From the NCBI GenBank assembly GCA_002269645.1, contig NIVC01000441.1:1-64000 (forward strand): a stretch of DNA of 64,000 bases, written 5' to 3'. Under the pieces are notes generated by a model. The model worked only from the letters and a program-made list of their open reading frames with translations. It ran no database searches and had not been told where the DNA came from. Origin of the DNA: Macrostomum lignano. Its lineage: Eukaryota. Positions 59,155-64,000 of this stretch are shown here, one piece after another; the first letter of the stretch is position 1, and each line of letters opens with the position of its first letter. Position numbers and translations under genes: made by a program.

Positions 59155-60205
59155 CAAGATGATCTGGGGTGGCACTAGATGATCTGGGGTGGCAATAGAT
59201 GATCTGGGGTGGCACTAGATGATTTGGGGTGGCACTAGATGATCTGGGGTGGCACTAGATGATCTGGGGTGGCACTAGATGATTTGGGGTGGCACTAGAT
59301 GATCTGGGGTGGCACTAGATGATCTGGGGTGGCACTAGATGATTTGGGGTGGCACTAGATGATTTGGGGTGGCAATAGATGATATGGGATGGCACTAGAT
59401 GATCTGGGGTGACACTAGATGATCTGGGGTGACACTAGATGATCTGGGGTGACACTAGATGATCTGGGATGGCACTAGATGATATGGGGTGGCACTAGAT
59501 GATCTGGGATGGCACTAGATGATCTGGGGTGGCAATAGATGATATGGGATGGCACTAGATGATCTGGGGTGACACTAGATGATCTGGGGTGACACTAGAT
59601 GATCTGGGGTGACACTAGATGATATGGGATGGCACTAGATGATATGGGGTGGCACTAGATGATCTGGGATGGCACTAGATGATTTGGGGTGGCAATAGAT
59701 GATATGGGATGGCACTAGATGATCTGGGGTGACACTAGATGATCTGGGGTGACACTAGATGATCTGGGGTGACACTAGATGATCTGGGATGGCACTAGAT
59801 GATATGGGGTGGCACTAGATGATCTGGGATGGCACTAGATGATCTGGGGTGGCAATAGATGATATGGGATGGCACTAGATGATCTGGGGTGACACTAGAT
59901 GATCTGGGGTGACACTAGATGATCTGGGGTGACACTAGATGATCTGGGATGGCACTAGATGATATGGGGTGGCACTAGATGATCTGGGATGGCACTAGAT
60001 GATCTGGGGTGGCAATAGATGATATGGGATGGCACTAGATGATCTGGGGTGACACTAGATGATCTGGGGTGACACTAGATGATCTGGGGTGACACTAGAT
60101 GATCTGGGATGGCACTAGATGATATGGGGTGGCACTAGATGATCTGGGATGGCACTAGATGATATGGGGTGGCACTAGATGATCTGGGGTGCTACTAGAT
60201 GATCA
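59155..60205. repeat. 20 bp minisatellite GATCTGGGGTGGCACTAGAT with a 160 bp higher-order repeat
   Basis: About 52 units, no indels; variant pattern recurs every 8 units. Confidence 0.97.
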
Positions 60206-62149
60206 GAGCTCACTGTCTGTTTCTTACTTGCAAAATCTTTTATTCTGTTGTACTTTTATCATTGAAAGCCCTTTAAAATCATATTAGATGGCTTTGTAAA
60301 ACAAATTGCACCAACAGAAAATAGAAACCTTTTCAATCTCGGGATCCAAGCCCAATTCGTCGGGATCCCGCGGGATTAGCAAAGTCCGGGATAACCCGAT
60401 CCCGAGAATCCCGGGATTGGCAAAACTCGGGATTCTGTATTCCCTATTTTAGGGCTGCTTGGCGAAAAAAAACCTGCCAAAAATTCAATTGAACTGGCAT
60501 TGTATATCTTCCATGTTGGAAAATTTAGTGGTTTAGCAAAATTAACTGTATTCACTTAGATCGCATGTACTACAAAGAAATGGATAGGACGACTCTTGCG
60601 GAAGCAGGAGAGACTTGCTTGAATTCAAAAGTTTTGCAATCCTTTCAAATCAATTCCTAATTAAAAATCAAACGTACATCTTTAACGGATTCTGACAAAG
60701 TGCATCTACCAAGGACTGAATGGTAGATGGTAGCACTAAATGAAATGATGCTGAATAAAATTTAGATGCAAAGCGTTTGTTATACTCTTTATGGTATGAA
60801 TTTTGAATTCTACCATCATCCCCGTACAGTACATGCGGTAACCTCTCTCTGCATAGGTTTCAGGCTTCCAGCATGTTTTGAATGCCTCACGTGCTCTTTA
60901 TGTGATAGCATGTTTCGCTTTTGCACAGCATGTGCAGTGTTACAGGCATTTTTCTACACTCTTCGAGCGTATAGTTCCTATTCCCATTGTTCTGTTTATC
61001 GGTCCAAGACAGTGATATAGAGGAAGTTCTTTGAATTGCTCGTCAGAAGAAAATCAATTAGGCCGATGCGTACTTTTACAGCTTGACTGCTTGTATTTTT
61101 GCGTCTTTTTGTTATCCCATGCAATCTTGGGACTCGTTCGGTCTGGGATCCCGCTGATTGAGGAATCTACGGGATTTGGGACCCCGACCCGCACTGATTC
61201 AATGCAAATGCAGATCCTGATGTCTGCATTCTGCCTGCTTGGCTCTCGGTTTCTGCAGTGCACAGTGTACTGCTTATGCTTAGTTAAGTTCCAGCAGCTT
61301 AAGTCTAAGTCTCTTACTTGCTGGCTGCTGCATGTGGTTGGGCTTTTTAGAGGCCTCAACTGCAAAAACAAATGACACTGTTGCTGCGGGAATGCACTTA
61401 ACGACTTAATGAACCAAGTTGGAGACGGAGACACACCTTTAATAGCAAATTAATTGTTTCTTTTGTATCTGTGTGCCAGTCGGGCCAGCTGAAAAACGTG
61501 AAGCAGGCCCCGCACAGCAGCAGATATAATAAATATTCCACAACCTATTTTTCTCGAGCCTATTGAACATTAGCAATAAAGCAAAGTAGGTGGGTAACCT
61601 CTCCAGTGTCCCAGGCTGCTTTGCTGCGGTTCAAATCTCAGCCTCCGAGATGATGGATGACGACGAGTCCGACAACTACCTGACCGAGTCGGAGGCTGAC
61701 GGGATCAACGACCTGCCGGATCCGGAGAACGTTGGAGAACACCAATTGGGATGATGAGGCTGCTTCGAAGTCAAAGAAACGGCGGAAGTAATCTTACTTG
61801 AGCCCGACAGTTCTTTTCTATCTGATTAACTCGAAACACGTGTACGAATCTTTTCCAAGCGTGTATTGTGTCAAAAAGATACCTATTTAAACATTCATTA
61901 TTAACATCTCTATGGTGGTTTCGCCAATAAATGGTACTTTTAATAGCGAAACCTGAAACTCCACTAAAATAAACAGCCATTTGGACTGAATTTCTCTTAA
62001 TTATACACCAAGAAATGCAGCTAAATTTACTTTGTTGAAAAGTAAAGTACTTTGTCTGGATATTTCCGACTGAAATGATCCAGGCATTTCTTGCGGTGCA
62101 TGGCTTAGTTATTTTTGCCTTTTGATTGCCATGATGGCACCTCTTCTGT

Positions 62150-63270
<1,121 letters not shown>

Positions 63271-63359
63271 TGTCGAATTTATCAAAGAAAATCGCGTCTC
63301 TGCTAATAGCTTTCCTTTTTATAAGTTCTTTCTTAAGGTAAACAGGCAATCAAGAGAAA

Positions 63360-63565
63360 TTTCTTGCGGGAAAATCTTTCTGCTGGAAAAAGTCTGTGCG
63401 GGGAAAATTCGTGTGGGAAAATCTCGGTGGTAAAAGCTCGGCAGGAAAATCTCGACGGGAAAATTTCCTGCGGGAAACTCTCGCTGTGGTAAAAACTCGC
63501 TGCGGGAGAATCTCGTGCGGGATAGCTCGGCGGGAAAAATTCCTGCGGGAAATTTTCGTGCTCCC
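63360..63565. repeat. Degenerate ~15 bp (GCGGGAAAA-core) repeat, possibly a transposon subterminal region
   Basis: About 12 diverged copies ending in GTGCTCCCC; matching other end not found. Confidence 0.5.
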
Positions 63566-64000
63566 CTTATTTAGCCATAAATCAAATATCAGCAGTGTAG
63601 AATTGCTAAATTAAGCTACCCTCGGGCTCTTTGCCGGCAGGAAGGAATGCAATTAGCAGAGGTTTAGAAATAATGGTGATAAGATCGATTATTTTGGCTT
63701 GTGTATTAACTTCTTCGCCCTTCTCTTTTACTCTCATCTCATACCCGAAATTCTCTTGTTTCTCTCTCAACTCCACTTTCACTCTCCCCTTCTAATCACG
63801 TCACTTTTCTTTCCCAAATCCGCTTCATTCTAAAAAAAGCTTTAAAAAAGGTACCGCATATTATCAATTATCATTTTCTCATACCTTACAAACTTTGTGA
63901 GTTTAAAAAAAGTTTTACATAAAATAGTTAAATAAGCTTGTATCTAATGATTCAAATAAGTTTTATTGCTTCACTCGGTGCTGCTGCTGGCAACGCGATT

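Overview
Eukaryotic (animal) genomic DNA, not prokaryotic. Short GC-rich exons with GT-AG introns sit among more than 30 different micro-, mini- and satellite arrays, which cover well over half of the window. The style resembles repeat-rich invertebrate genomes such as the flatworm Macrostomum; this is an inference and no search was run. Supported genes: (1) a minus-strand WS/DGAT-like acyltransferase (813-3219, 2 exons) carrying about 8 single-base frameshifts and lacking the second His of HHxxxDG; (2) an intact 5-exon plus-strand class A neuropeptide GPCR of SIFamide/NPFF-receptor type (8493-27796, 394 aa) with a 14-kb repeat-tiled first intron; (3) a terminal coding exon of an unidentified minus-strand gene (31977 to about 32370); (4) a single-ORF, 10-Cys Ly6/uPAR (three-finger)-like, probably GPI-anchored protein (35606-36346, minus). 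Mobile DNA: a 426-bp foldback/MITE just downstream of the GPCR stop and a hAT (Charlie/Buster-like) non-autonomous element filled with (GGAGA)n. Almost all long ORFs in the track, including the three of about 4000 aa, are translation artefacts of tandem repeats. No rRNA, tRNA or CRISPR array was found. I see no clearly new biological system. The best leads are a dispersed minisatellite family sharing a 20-nt dyad-containing core, the close approach of arrays to exon edges, the atypical Ly6 and WS/DGAT-like proteins, and the hairpin downstream of the GPCR stop.
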